Of a DNA stretch of 64,000 nucleotides, positions 31,747 to 44,159 are shown one piece after another (the first letter of the stretch is position 1; each line of letters opens with the position of its first letter). The DNA lies in the NCBI GenBank assembly GCA_012295275.1, contig CM022667.1, positions 13,330,001 to 13,394,000 on the forward strand, written 5' to 3'. Under the pieces are notes generated by a model. That model was not told the DNA's origin. It saw nothing but the letters and a program-made list of their open reading frames with translations, and did not search any database. The DNA comes from Chrysomallon squamiferum (Eukaryota > Animalia > Mollusca). Position numbers and translations under genes: made by a program.

Positions 31747-32057
31747 AAACATAGTTGAATGATCCATACATAGACATACACACACACACAGACATACACA
31801 CATACACAAATTCACAAACATATACACATACATGATTACACATACAAAGTGACACACACATACATATACACACATTAATTTTCACAAACACATGAACACA
31901 TACAGCACATACATGCACATACATTCAACAATACCATATAATATTATATGCAGATATATAAACACATACTCATACGTGTCAGTAAATGTATTTTCTAGAC
32001 CTGAGAGTAACATGAGTTAAGGGGCTTTCTGATGTGTGAGAAAATGACTCTGTCAAG

Positions 32058-32334
32058 ATGACCCAAATGAAAAATGCACCAAGGGAGACAACTACAATAA
32101 AACCAAGTGGAGGCAACTCTAATCAGACAGGCAGTGACGATCATGCATTGCCACCAGTTGATGACTCCCCACCAGTTTCAGGGACAATTGCTGCTGTCAC
32201 AGTTGCTGTTTTGGCCTGTGTTTTGTTGCTGACATTGGTAATGATATGCAGAGCCTTGCGAAAGCGCCGGAGAGCTAGACAAGGGGAGAGAATGGGGGAC
32301 ATTCCAACTGTATCAACAGGAATAATGGGAACCG
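32058..32334 (+). CDS. Uncharacterised single-pass membrane protein (153 aa), coding exon 1
   Basis: Acceptor TTCTAG ending at 31998; ATG at 32058 after in-frame stops. Complex non-repetitive sequence with a 22-aa hydrophobic stretch TIAAVTVAVLACVLLLTLVMIC followed by RALRKRRRAR. Donor G|GTAAAG (phase 1). Confidence 0.85.
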
Positions 32335-32858
32335 GTAAAGTGAAATATGTTTACATAAGAATTAATCTTTAATTTATCTGTTCTTTATTTACAGGCTTAG
32401 TAAGAGGCAGTTATAATTACACTGATACATCAGAATACATTTTTGTTTTAGTGTATTTTTAACAAATTAAATATATTCAACACCTAAATTATTTGTATCG
32501 TCACTGGGCAAAACATAAGTCAGTTTAGTAAATTTAGTTCTGTGTAGTTATCACTGATTTATTTCTCTATGTATTTTCTGTGCATTTTATATTGTCATAA
32601 AACTGAGGCATTTGGTAACAAAATATTAATCACCTGACTGTTTGTTTAAATCTCATTAATATTGAACTATATGGAAGATTATTTGGTTATGTAATCATAA
32701 ATACAGGAATACAGAAAAAAAGAAAAACTCACTTTATATAATATATATATATATATATACATATTTTCAAAAATTTGATTAAAATCACATAACTTTAATT
32801 TATTTGTTCTTTTCATATATTATTATTATTATTATTATTTATCTTTTACATGTCACAG

Positions 32859-33043
32859 GTGTTGCAGCATACAGCAACGTTCGTGTGGATGGCAGCATCA
32901 CCTGGGAACCTATAAACTCAAACCATCCAACATCATCAGCAGCAGCATCATCATCATCATCAACAAATCAAACCAGACGTCAGACTTCACATAATAACCA
33001 CAGACCTCGTCATTCACGCAGTTCACATACTCATAGAAGCTGA
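32859..33043 (+). CDS. Uncharacterised single-pass membrane protein, coding exon 2 (stop)
   Basis: TCACAG|(G)VAAYSNVRVDGSITWEP...SSHTHRS-TGA; phase matches the previous exon. Confidence 0.82.
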
Positions 33044-33060
33044 ACACTGTCACAGTGAAT

Positions 33061-34340
33061 TGTTCATACTTGACTGTTCAAACTTGACTGTTCATACTTG
33101 ACTGTTCAAACTTGACTGTTCACTAATGTTCACACTTCAAACGTGATTACTTACATACTTACATAAGTGTAAGTGTCTGTCTATTCATAAATTTATTTAT
33201 GACTGTTCATACATTCCTGTTAATATATAACTGTTCGTACATATAACTGGCCAGTTACGACTTCACATGACTGTTCATTATTGACTGTTCACACTTGGCT
33301 GTTCCTACATGACTGTTGTCGCAGGCCTCTTCATACATGACTGTTGTTCAAAAATGACGTCTTGCATCACTGTTCATATGTAATTTTCGCGTACATGGCT
33401 GTTCGTTCATCAACTGTTGAAACTAAAAGATTCATATGTGATAATCTGTTGTTAGTGTGCATACATTATTTTTCATTCTTCGTTATTCATATTTCACTTC
33501 ACATGCAACTGTATGTAGACAGCTTTTCTCATATCAACCATTCACATTTGTTCACAGATGCCATCAACTGTTTATATTTGACTGTTTATTTCTGATGCTA
33601 GGCTGTTCATACGAGTTATTATTATTATTTTTTTATTATTATATACATGGAAGTTGGATAAATGGAAAGATTTCTTGGATTTTGTTCATACTCGAATTGT
33701 TGATATTAGAAAATGAACATTTGCCATTGATACTGAATTGTTGAGTCTCGTTAATACAGGAATTGTTGATATTAGAAAATGAACATTTGCCATTGATACT
33801 GAATTGTTGAGTCTTGTTAATACAGGAATTGTTGATATTAGAAAATGAACATTTGCCATTGATACTGAATTGTTGAGTCTTGTTAATACAGGAATTGTTG
33901 ATATTAGAAAATGAACATTTGCCATTGATACTGGATTGTTGATGACTAATTGTTCATACAAGAACTGTTGATGTTTAACAGTTTAAACAAGAATTATTGA
34001 TATTTCACTATTCATACAGCAACATTTTTCACTGTTGATACAAATTTGTTCATATTTGACTCTTTATACAAGAGATGTTGATAATTAACTGTTCATATAA
34101 GAGATGTTGATAATTAACTGTTCATATAAGAACTGTTGTTAATTAAAAATAAATAATGTCAATAATTAATATTTAATACAAGAACTATTTTTACTTGATT
34201 GTTCTTATAAAATAGTTGTTACTTAATTGTTCATACAGAAATTATTGATAATTAATTTTTAATACAAAACTGTTGATAATTTTTAATACAAAAGTATTGA
34301 TAATTTTTAATACAAGAACTGTTGATGGCTAATTGTTAAT
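33061..34340 (+). repeat. Degenerate minisatellite array (14-bp monomer; 28/29-bp and 66-bp higher-order units)
   Basis: TGTTCA(T/A)ACTTGAC x4.5 at 33061-33123; 66-bp unit x~3.7 at 33694-33941; 29-bp unit at 34071-34140; CTGTT(C/G)A cores throughout. Confidence 0.85.
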
Positions 34341-35239
34341 ACTTTTTAGTCAGTATCCATATTTCTACATTGTATGGCATTTCTGAAAGTATATACAAGT
34401 TACAGATTTGTCTATTTAACCAGATTTGAAAGTTTCCTTTGATGATATCACAGTCCAGCCAGCCATAATTGTTTTTTGAATCTCTTGGTTTTTAACTCTA
34501 GGTTTTCAGCAATTTTAATCATGGTATTCAGCATCTAATTATGCTGTCTTAAAGATCCAGTCTTGAAAGTATAAATGATGATATAAATAAAACCACCACT
34601 GCCACGAATACATATTAAATATGAAATAATTTATTGAGATTATGAAAGTTATTTGAATTTATTTATTTATTTATTTATTTATTATTATTATGACTATTAC
34701 TACTACTATTATTATTATAACTACTAATATTACTACTACTACTACTACTACTACTGTTATTATTATTAATTAATACATTAATTACTTAAACATTTTATTT
34801 ATTTATTTTTAAAATCTTTGTTTCTTTGTTTCTTTGTTATTGTACTATTTTTTCTTTTTAATTTTTTATTTTTTATTTCTGTGTTCTAATCGTTCCCATG
34901 AGTTATTTATTGTTTACTTTAATATTTTTTTAATATTTAATATTTCTGTGTTCGGTACATAAAATGTTACATTACTGTTACTGTTACCAAAGGACTTAGT
35001 CTAAGTCATGATCTAACAATAATCATGTTGAGTAAATTTATACTGAATTAACAAAAGTTTATTTCTAAAGGCTGTCAGAATAAAATCCTCTACATGAAAG
35101 CTAATATTTTCATTTATATTTTATCTATTTATTTATTTTCTTATTATTTCATGGATAATCTTAACAACAACAGAATCTCTCAAATTTTTTATTATTATTA
35201 TTATTATGGTTTCTTTAAAATATATATTTTTTCATTCTA

Positions 35240-35380
35240 GTCTTGTAAAATTATTATTTGGAAAACATCTGCAGATATTTCAATTATATCCTTTTTTATA
35301 TGTCTTTTTTATATGTCTTGTAAAATTATTATTTGGAAAACATCTGCAGATACTTCAATTATATCCTTTTTTATATGTCT
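35240..35380. repeat. 75-bp tandem duplication
   Basis: GTCTTGTAAAATTATTATTTGGAAAACATCTGCAGATA... at 35240 and 35315. Confidence 0.9.
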
Positions 35381-37929
35381 CGTATTCAGTTACTAACAGA
35401 TAACTTTTAAATTTGGTTTTAATTTTATTTACATATAACTCTTTAAATTTATTTTAAATTTTACTTTATTTTTTAATTTTTTTGTGATATAAAAAACCTC
35501 AGCATTTAATGAAATATTCCTCCTTTAAATGTTTGACAGTATATTTTATGCAAACTATTTTACACATTTTATTTGTGATTCAAGTATGACCCTTTCCTGC
35601 ATTTTGAGTAGCATGCATGGAAATCAGAATATTATTGCATTTAACAACAGTGCATTTGTTTAATTATTAATAGAATATTTTACATCTATGAGTAGGTACA
35701 TTTTAATGATCTTTTGCTGCTAATTAATAAATGTAAGCTTCTGGACAGCAACAGATTTTCTGTCAGGCTGAATATTAATAACAATGATAATAATATAATT
35801 TTTTTGGTTAATTTAATGTTTTTAGTTTTGAGAAAATGAAACTGATCTTATGAATTTCTACATCTCTATAATTATTTTTCAACCTTTGTAAAATTCCTTC
35901 TGATTTTCAGAAGCACCATCATTTGTATATATAAAAAAATTGATATATTTTGAATTGATATATTTATTTATAATGTTATTATGGTGTATATTTGTTATTG
36001 TCTGGGGAAAAAAATAATGTATATAATACAAATAATCAAAATAATATATTGTATACATCATTTGTACATTTTGTAAATTGTGAATGATTTTTGTATATTT
36101 TTATGTATATTTTGTAAAACTGAATATATTAGAAACTATGCAAGGATTTTTTCAATTTTTATTACTTTACAGCAATTTACAAATTCCCAATACAAAATAA
36201 AATAAAATAAAATAAATAACAATAATAATAAAAAATAAAGAATTGTTTTTATAATAATTAATTATTTCATCTTCGTAGCTTTTGTTTTTTCTTTCTCACC
36301 AATTACTATGGAGGCTTGCATCTTGGAAGTAAAACACTGACTTGGGATCAAATCTTCTTAGTGCCATTTCTCATTGCAACCTTTTTATTCATAATTAACT
36401 TACATTTATCATTAAAATATTCTAATTTTGATTATAACAATATTATTTAAATTATATGCCTCCCAATATCTAGCACATAAAGACAGGGTCATACGTAAAG
36501 GTGAGTGGTTAAAGGGTCAGTTGACTATCTCTGATTTTTGTGGTTATAATCAGAAGAACTGACCATCCACTGACCAGGTCACTGATGTTTGATGTCACTG
36601 GTGCATGCTGATTGGCTAGACAGTGTTATACATATTTATGAAAGTATCCAATTAAATTCACAAATGAGAGTTGTTTATCAAAATTGGTTTCACTTATTGC
36701 CCCCTGCAATAATACTTTAAAAAAAAAAAAAACTTGATGTCTGAATGTAATAAACTGGTTTCATCTGACATTCCATTTAATTAGATGAACATTTTTTTTT
36801 ACATTAATAAAAATAATTTTGCATATTTTATTTATTTATTCTTTGTACTCTGAATAAATACTATAATAATATATAAATGAATGCCATAATTTATTTTGAA
36901 AAAGAAAAATATTCATTGCTATTAATTAATTTTTTATACAATAACTTTTTTGAAACAAAATTTAACTTGTGTAAAGTCCAGTTATAAATTTACACTAACT
37001 ATATTTGTAAAATGTAAATTATTTTTAGTGTATCAACAAACTTAGTTTGGATTACTATATCTGCTGACCACATTACTCTCACAGTTCCTTCACTTGACAT
37101 GACATCAGTAAGCAGAGAGGTGGACAGATTAAGGAACAAAATTATATTTTAAAAATCAGGATATGATGTGCTTGTAAAATTCAATAACAACTTTTAATTT
37201 TGTTACAGTTTCAAGATGTTATTTGACCTATGTATTTTGAAAATACAGATGTTCCTTGCTGACAGAACCTTTTCCACTGCTAGCCTCCATTGCCTGACTG
37301 GTCCAAGGACACTAGCTTATGTAATGGAAATATGAATTCAAAGACGTGGGAATTGTGTGTAATGTCAGTAGACATTTATGGGAAGGTAGTTTTGGTAATC
37401 TAAATAAACTGAAAACATAAATTTGTAATTTTAAACAGATACATTTTCAGAACATTTATTTTTGTATATTTATACAAATCATATTAATAATGTTGTTATT
37501 AAATTATAAATCATTTTTGGATGTGTTGTGTTTTTGTTCAGTTCTATGTTAATATTTTTTATATAAAGATTATGATGATGATGGTTTCCTTTTTTCATCC
37601 TTGTTTTTATTGCTTCATGCATTTGGTTTTATAAATTTTCAGTGTTCATATAATGAAAACTGTGTTTGTGTTTTATAATAATCCCTTTTTATATTGTAAG
37701 TCTTGATGAAGCCAAAACCGTGAAAACATTTATTTAATTTTTTAAAAAAAAAATTTTTTTTTGTGTTGTGTTGTGTTTTGTTGTTTTGTTTTGTTTTGTT
37801 TCATCAGTATAATTCTGTAGGACATATTATTTTATACAGTTTGTACAAAATTTATTTGTAACAACATGTGGTGACAAAATCGCATCATCTGATTTCACTG
37901 TGTTGACACCAGCTGGCATATGCACACAG

Positions 37930-37948
37930 AAAGGTCAGTCAAAGGTCA
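37930..37948 (+). promoter_or_regulatory. Perfect DR5 nuclear-receptor element
   Basis: AAAGGTCA-gtc-AAAGGTCA, i.e. AGGTCA(n5)AGGTCA. Confidence 0.4.
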
Positions 37949-40197
37949 TGTTTTGACTTTTAAATATTTCCAACCCACATACAATCATTACAATAACATG
38001 GTGGTTGTAAATCTGATAGCCACAGTGTATCCTGAACAAAATTAGTCACCTGTTTCATCATATTTTTAGTTTATAAATAGATTTTTACACAAGAGCTCAA
38101 AGGTTATTTGTCAATTATTGTAATACCTGATAGATGTGTAAATAAACCTTTTTGTAAGATAACATTACAGTGATAAAATCTACAATACTTCGAAACCTTT
38201 GAAACCTAAATAACAGGACACTTTTTTGAACAGAAAATGTCTCTAAGCAGCTACCGAGTCTTTGATCCTGCTGTCAAAGACCCAGGCTTGTGTGCTTTGA
38301 CCACTGTTGGAATTAAAATGAATTTTCTCTTTTGAACAGATTTTTTTTTTGTTTCAGTATTATCCAAATTCACCTAAATAAATTCTAGAGATATATTGTA
38401 ACAGATGTGGAACAATTAAACATATCATTGATGAAAGCTGCAATGTTGACAGAAATGTTCAATATTTATCAACAGATGTTGCATTTAAAGCAGGAAAAAA
38501 AGAGAGATGAATTTTAATCCTACAAGATTCATCTTTTAAACATTAGGAATACGCTTGTGAAACTGAATATACGCACAATTCCTAGTTTGTTATCAACTTA
38601 CACATACAATCCACTCTCCTTTAAAGTTATGTAAAACTTATTCAAATGCAAAAGAACAAACACTTGTTACAAATACAAAGTTTATTATACTTGGTTTATC
38701 TCACAACATGTACAAAATAATTATGCTGTTTTCAGTCGAAGTAGTAAAGTCCAAGCTTCAGCTACAAAGAAGTTGCTAGAAAGATTCTATGATTATTCTA
38801 ATTAATATTTTTTTCTTAAAGGAATGTAAAATCTACATCTATGACCTTATAGTTGTGTAGTTTATTCAAAGAATTTGTATTCTTTTTATATTATATATAT
38901 ATATATATATAATGTATTACACACATATATATATAGCTATGAATAATTACAGAAGTGATATAGATGAAATAAATTCTGACACGACAGAAAACTTCCGAGC
39001 CAAGTTGGTAATAAAATGAGCATATATTATTCTAAAATTGAAGAATATGTGATTATGTTATCTGGTTGTTATTTTCTGATATTACGTTTATAATAAAAAA
39101 AATTTTTAAAATATTTAAGAAATTTGCTTTTAGTAATTACTTAATTAGCAATGGTTTAATTTGATACTCTGCTACAAATTTTGATTTTGTTTTTGATGGA
39201 AATTTGTAACAGATAGGTAATTATTACAAATTTTTGTTTTTATATTAACTGATTGTATTTAATTTAAAAGCTAATTAAAGATAAAATTAGTAATTGTTTT
39301 GTTCTGTATATAACAAAAATACATAGTTTAATAACAAGGAAATTTATTAAAAATTATTTCTATGCTTTCAACAATTCCCAGGACTAGTTCAAATTAAATC
39401 TGTGTTTTCATCTGTTTAATGCCATGAATAAATTTAATTTTTTTTTCTTTTAAAACACAACACAACTGTATACAATCTGATTGTACTAACTGATAAAAAT
39501 GCACTCAGTTTTAAAAAAAAAAGATTTATTTTAATGCAGAAAGTCTCTTCAGGACACATAAATTGTTATTTTCATTAATATTTATTTATATACAATTTGT
39601 TGGGTTTATTTTGTTTTTTCATTCTGAAAGCAATTCTTTGGTGACAATGAAAGAAACAAATTTTGAATGAACAGAATACATATATTCAAAAGATGATGTT
39701 AATATTTAGTTTTCAAAGCAACAAAAAGTAATATTAATTTTAAAATATTTTTTGTTAAAACATGATTAATTTTCCTTTTAATTAATATCCAAATTTTTAT
39801 CATAATACTCAAAAAAAAAAAAAGTATTTCAATTTTTCAACCTTTGTCTTTACCATCGTATTTTTAGTGCACAAAATCAATAAATGAGTTTGTCATATAT
39901 ACATAACAATAATAATAATAATAATAATAAATTAATAATAATAAATTAACAGTAATTGTTGTAAAAATAGTAATACTAACAGTAATAAAAGTAACCAAAA
40001 TGTCATTCTGAAATCGTTAAATATGATTCAAAATACAACAGGACTCTTTCCTAAAGTGTTTAAAGTCTAACAGCATTGAATCTAGATTTTTAATCTGTTG
40101 ATATCAGGTGCATTTACATGATAAAACTTGCGTCCCAGCTCTCCGAAAGCACGAAATTGTCACGTTTCTTACACCGTTCACATCGTCATACCAACAA

Positions 40198-40291
40198 CTA
40201 CTTCGACGCTGCAGGGGCTATTATGAACCTATAAATAAGAGCAGCCACCAAGGCAACTCCAAGTGGAAGAAGCCATCCGCTCCAACCCCCA
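40198..40291 (-). CDS. CYB5: Cytochrome b5 exon 6 (membrane anchor, stop)
   Basis: TTTCAG|(N)[33 protein letters not shown]. Confidence 0.93.
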
Positions 40292-43200
40292 CTGAAAATA
40301 ATAATAAAAGCATATATTAAGGACAATCAATATAATGTTTTGCGACATAGATGCATTAGATTATGAAAAAAAGAAAATAAATATAAAAATGAGAAAGAAT
40401 GTTAATTAAATTTAATGATCATCAGATGAAGAAAAAAAAGAAAGAAAAAAGGACTGATTAACTGTGTGTCAAAAATGATGTTTCTCATTAAATGTTTATT
40501 GTAAGCAATGACTGGATGAATATTTAATACATGACTCAAATAAGATACTTACTTGTTTTTTGGTGCAGGAGATGGACCAGTATTTTCCTGATAAAAAATA
40601 ATAAATAAAAACACAACTTAGTAATAAAAGATAATAAATATTGGGTCATTCCGTGTCAAATCACCCCCCAAAAAAAGAAATTTAAACCCGACCATCTCAG
40701 ATTTTTATAAAACTTGGTATACTTGTTGACTGGGATCCCACAGCACCAAATGTTAGCCCAATCAGACCAGTGGCGTGGGAGATATGGCCCACCGAATTTT
40801 GAGATTTTTGCCAAAAATGGGTGTGATCACCAACCTTAGAACCCTCATATCTCAGGAACTACTGGGCCAATCTTCATAAAATTGGTATTGTTAGAAAGGC
40901 AAAATGACAAGGATACCATGTAGGCCTACAATGTCTTACTCGATGATCAAGAAAGATGGTGATCCCTAGCATCCAGAATTGATCATTCAGGTTTTAGTTA
41001 ATCAGATGTTAATGGCTGAAAAGGTGTTATTTTCATGTATGTGCATTTTTTAAATCTATATTGTGGCTAAACAAAAAATATTACACCCAGGTAACTTTTA
41101 TATGTTTTAGTTAACATGTGGGAGATTAAATTTTAATAAAGGTCATCTCAAGATCACGTGATCCACACGGTCAATTTCAAGGTCATAGCAAAAGTTCAAA
41201 AGGTCAAGGTACTCCAATATTTTCCAAACTAAACAAAAATGGCAGATTTGGTATCCTTGTCATTTTGCCTTTCTAACAATACCAATTTTATGAAGATTGG
41301 CCCAGTAGTTCCTGAGATATGAGGGTTCTAAGGTTGGTGGTCACACCCATTTTTGGCAAAAATCTCAAAATTCTGTGGGCCATATCTCCCACACCACTGG
41401 TCTGATTGAGCTAAAATTTCAGATTTGGTGCTGTGTGATCCCAGTCAACAAGTATACCAAGTTTCATAAAAATCTGAGACGGTTGGGTTTAAACCATTGG
41501 GTGATTTGACACGGAATGACCCTATTTGAAAAAAATAAATGAAATATAAAATAAAAAACATAATAACATTATAATAAACAGGTACATAGATAAATGTAAT
41601 AAAGAATAAAAAATATATAAAATAATTAATAAGCAAATATTAAGAACAGTCAACAAAGTTTTGTGACAAAGATATATCAGATTATAAGTAAATAAAAAAA
41701 TAAATAATAAATCAAATGACATTTAATAAAAAAAAAAACTAAAATAAAAAACTACTGTAAATGGAACAAAATAAACTAATAATCAAAAAGCTGTTCATTT
41801 TATTTATTCCAGAAGTACTAATTTCAATTAGCAATCATTATTACATTTATGTAACTGCTTTCTTCTTGATCTGTAATTTTTATTTTTGTTCTCATTTTTA
41901 TTCTAGTAACAACTTCATGTAAAACCAACAATTTATTTACTGTGAAAAAGAATAAAGTAACATTCATTACACAAACCTTTATGTCCTTGTTTTTCCTCTC
42001 CGACTAAAATAAATAATGTAAATATGTTAATAGATTTACGTATCAATCTTAATTTATAATTCACACACATACATAAAAGATTTGCTGTTACATCAACATA
42101 CATACATATATGTGATCATTAAACTGTGGATATCTTAATGCTGAGAAACAGACACACACACCTACATACATTTATACTATATTTAACTGCACTGCATTAT
42201 ATAAAAAAGAACACATCTGACAGAGCAAGAGAGAGAGGGAGAGAGAGACAGAGAGAGAGAGAGAGAGAATGAAACAAAGACAAGTTTAAACAGAAAGCTG
42301 TCAGTCTTAAATAATTATTTGTTAACATAACAAAATTTTATTCAGACTGAGTAAAAGAAATTTTGTTTTAAAGTAACATGGCCAGACAAAATTCTGAAAC
42401 TTACCTGATGTATATCACCAACATAATAATCTTTCATCAGCTCTCGGGCATCGGTAGAATGACCAACATCTTCAAAAGCCTCTGTCGCATCACCACCTAT
42501 AAAATTTAAAAATAATAAACTTGTTTTAACTTTATATTTTACACAGTACTTTTGGCAATAATTAAAACTGACCTAAATAAATTCAAAATGCCAAATACTT
42601 TCAGTCTCAAGGTTTTGTTTTGTCCGTAACAATAAATTCTAACTGATAATAAAGGATGAAAACAAAAGAAGTTACATAATACTTCACTATTCCTATGTTA
42701 ACCTTTTTGCAACTGACAGTGTGACATCAGTAAGGACTTCTTTAGTTATGGGTTTTTTAAATGGCACTTACACAGCAAAAAATATCATATTTGAAATTTG
42801 AATCGATATAAAAGTGTATATGCCAAAAATAAGCTGAAATATGTTAAAAGCTAAAAATACCAATTTATGTATCATATACCTGAAAAACAATTCACATATT
42901 TACAGAAAAGCAGAACTATGATCTTGGAAATACTACGTTTTTAAAATATTTACTCACCAGCCTGGTCTAATAAAACTTCTTCTCCTCCTGGATGCTATTA
43001 AAAATAATTTAAAAAGATAAAATGTTTAAAAAAAAAAAAAATAATGAAAAAAAAATACAACAATAAAATAAACTTGATGTCATCAAATTCTACACATTTT
43101 ATTTAGTTTTACAGATTATACAAATCTGTCAAATGACTAATATCATCTATGTTACGAAAAAATCTTTTCAAAATTATTAGTGGATGATGTAATTATTATT

Positions 43201-44123
43201 TGCTTTGTGTTATTATTATCTTATCTTGTTTTTTTGCTCTGTAAATCTAGACCATGGTTAAAAAATTCATGTTTAGTATTTAATAACACTGCATGATATC
43301 AGTTCTTTATGAAATCTATACTCTATTACAAGTCTAGATATGAACTTTTGGTTCTTCTATTGATCAAAGTGTTAAATTAGCATTTCTAATATAAGAAAAA
43401 GGACCTATCATCAGTTACTGAGAATTCTGTAAATACTGAAATAAACAAAAACAGTTTTTAAATATCTATTTTGGGTATCTGTTATTTTTTAGTATTAATA
43501 ATATACAAAAATATTTAAAAACAATGAAAAGAAATAATAATAATGATAATAATAATAATAATAATATTTAATAAATAAATAAATAAATAAATAAATGATT
43601 TATAAGGAGTTTAAAGGCTATATTACTGTCACTGAAAATGACTAGATAATTAAAGGGTTATAATTATCTTAAAAAAAACAAATTTTATTCTTCATCTGTG
43701 TTTTCCTGTAACTGGTTTGTAGTTATGCTTTCACATACTGCAAGACACTATTATAAAATACCAAACACTGCATAATAAAACAATCAAACAAAACAGCTGC
43801 TGTTATTAATTCTGTCGCTGTCAAAGCCTGACAAAAGTCAAATATTTTGATGGACAGTCCCCATGACCAAAGTAAATATTTATAGACATGCACTGCTGCG
43901 AGTCATTTTCTAAAGTTTACCAGTGTTTATTTTCATCTGTTTTGAGGCCAGCACTAATAAACTAATTATTCAGAAACACACAACTAATCGTCTAATGTGC
44001 GGATGCTGTCGAGTTTAACTATAATTCAGCACAAATTAATATTAATGATTATTAAACAGTTTAAATTAACTATTTATTTTGTACATAAAACTATAAGGAT
44101 ATTACTGATTAGCAGCTTAGATT

Positions 44124-44159
<36 letters not shown>

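Noticed and set aside
33061-33941. CRISPR-like regular repeats
   Set aside because: The units are head-to-tail with no unique spacers, there are no cas genes and the context is eukaryotic.
33686-33961. 91-aa minus-strand ORF with a 22-aa repeat
   Set aside because: A by-product of the 66-bp tandem unit, antisense to the presumed 3' UTR.
36300-37390. Possible extra exons (AAG|GTGAGT at 36501; acceptors near 37208 and 37248)
   Set aside because: I found no coherent reading frame or partner exon; cannot be supported without transcripts.
38340-38624. Possible Kolobok-type end (CTCTCCTTTAA)
   Set aside because: No matching left terminus found.
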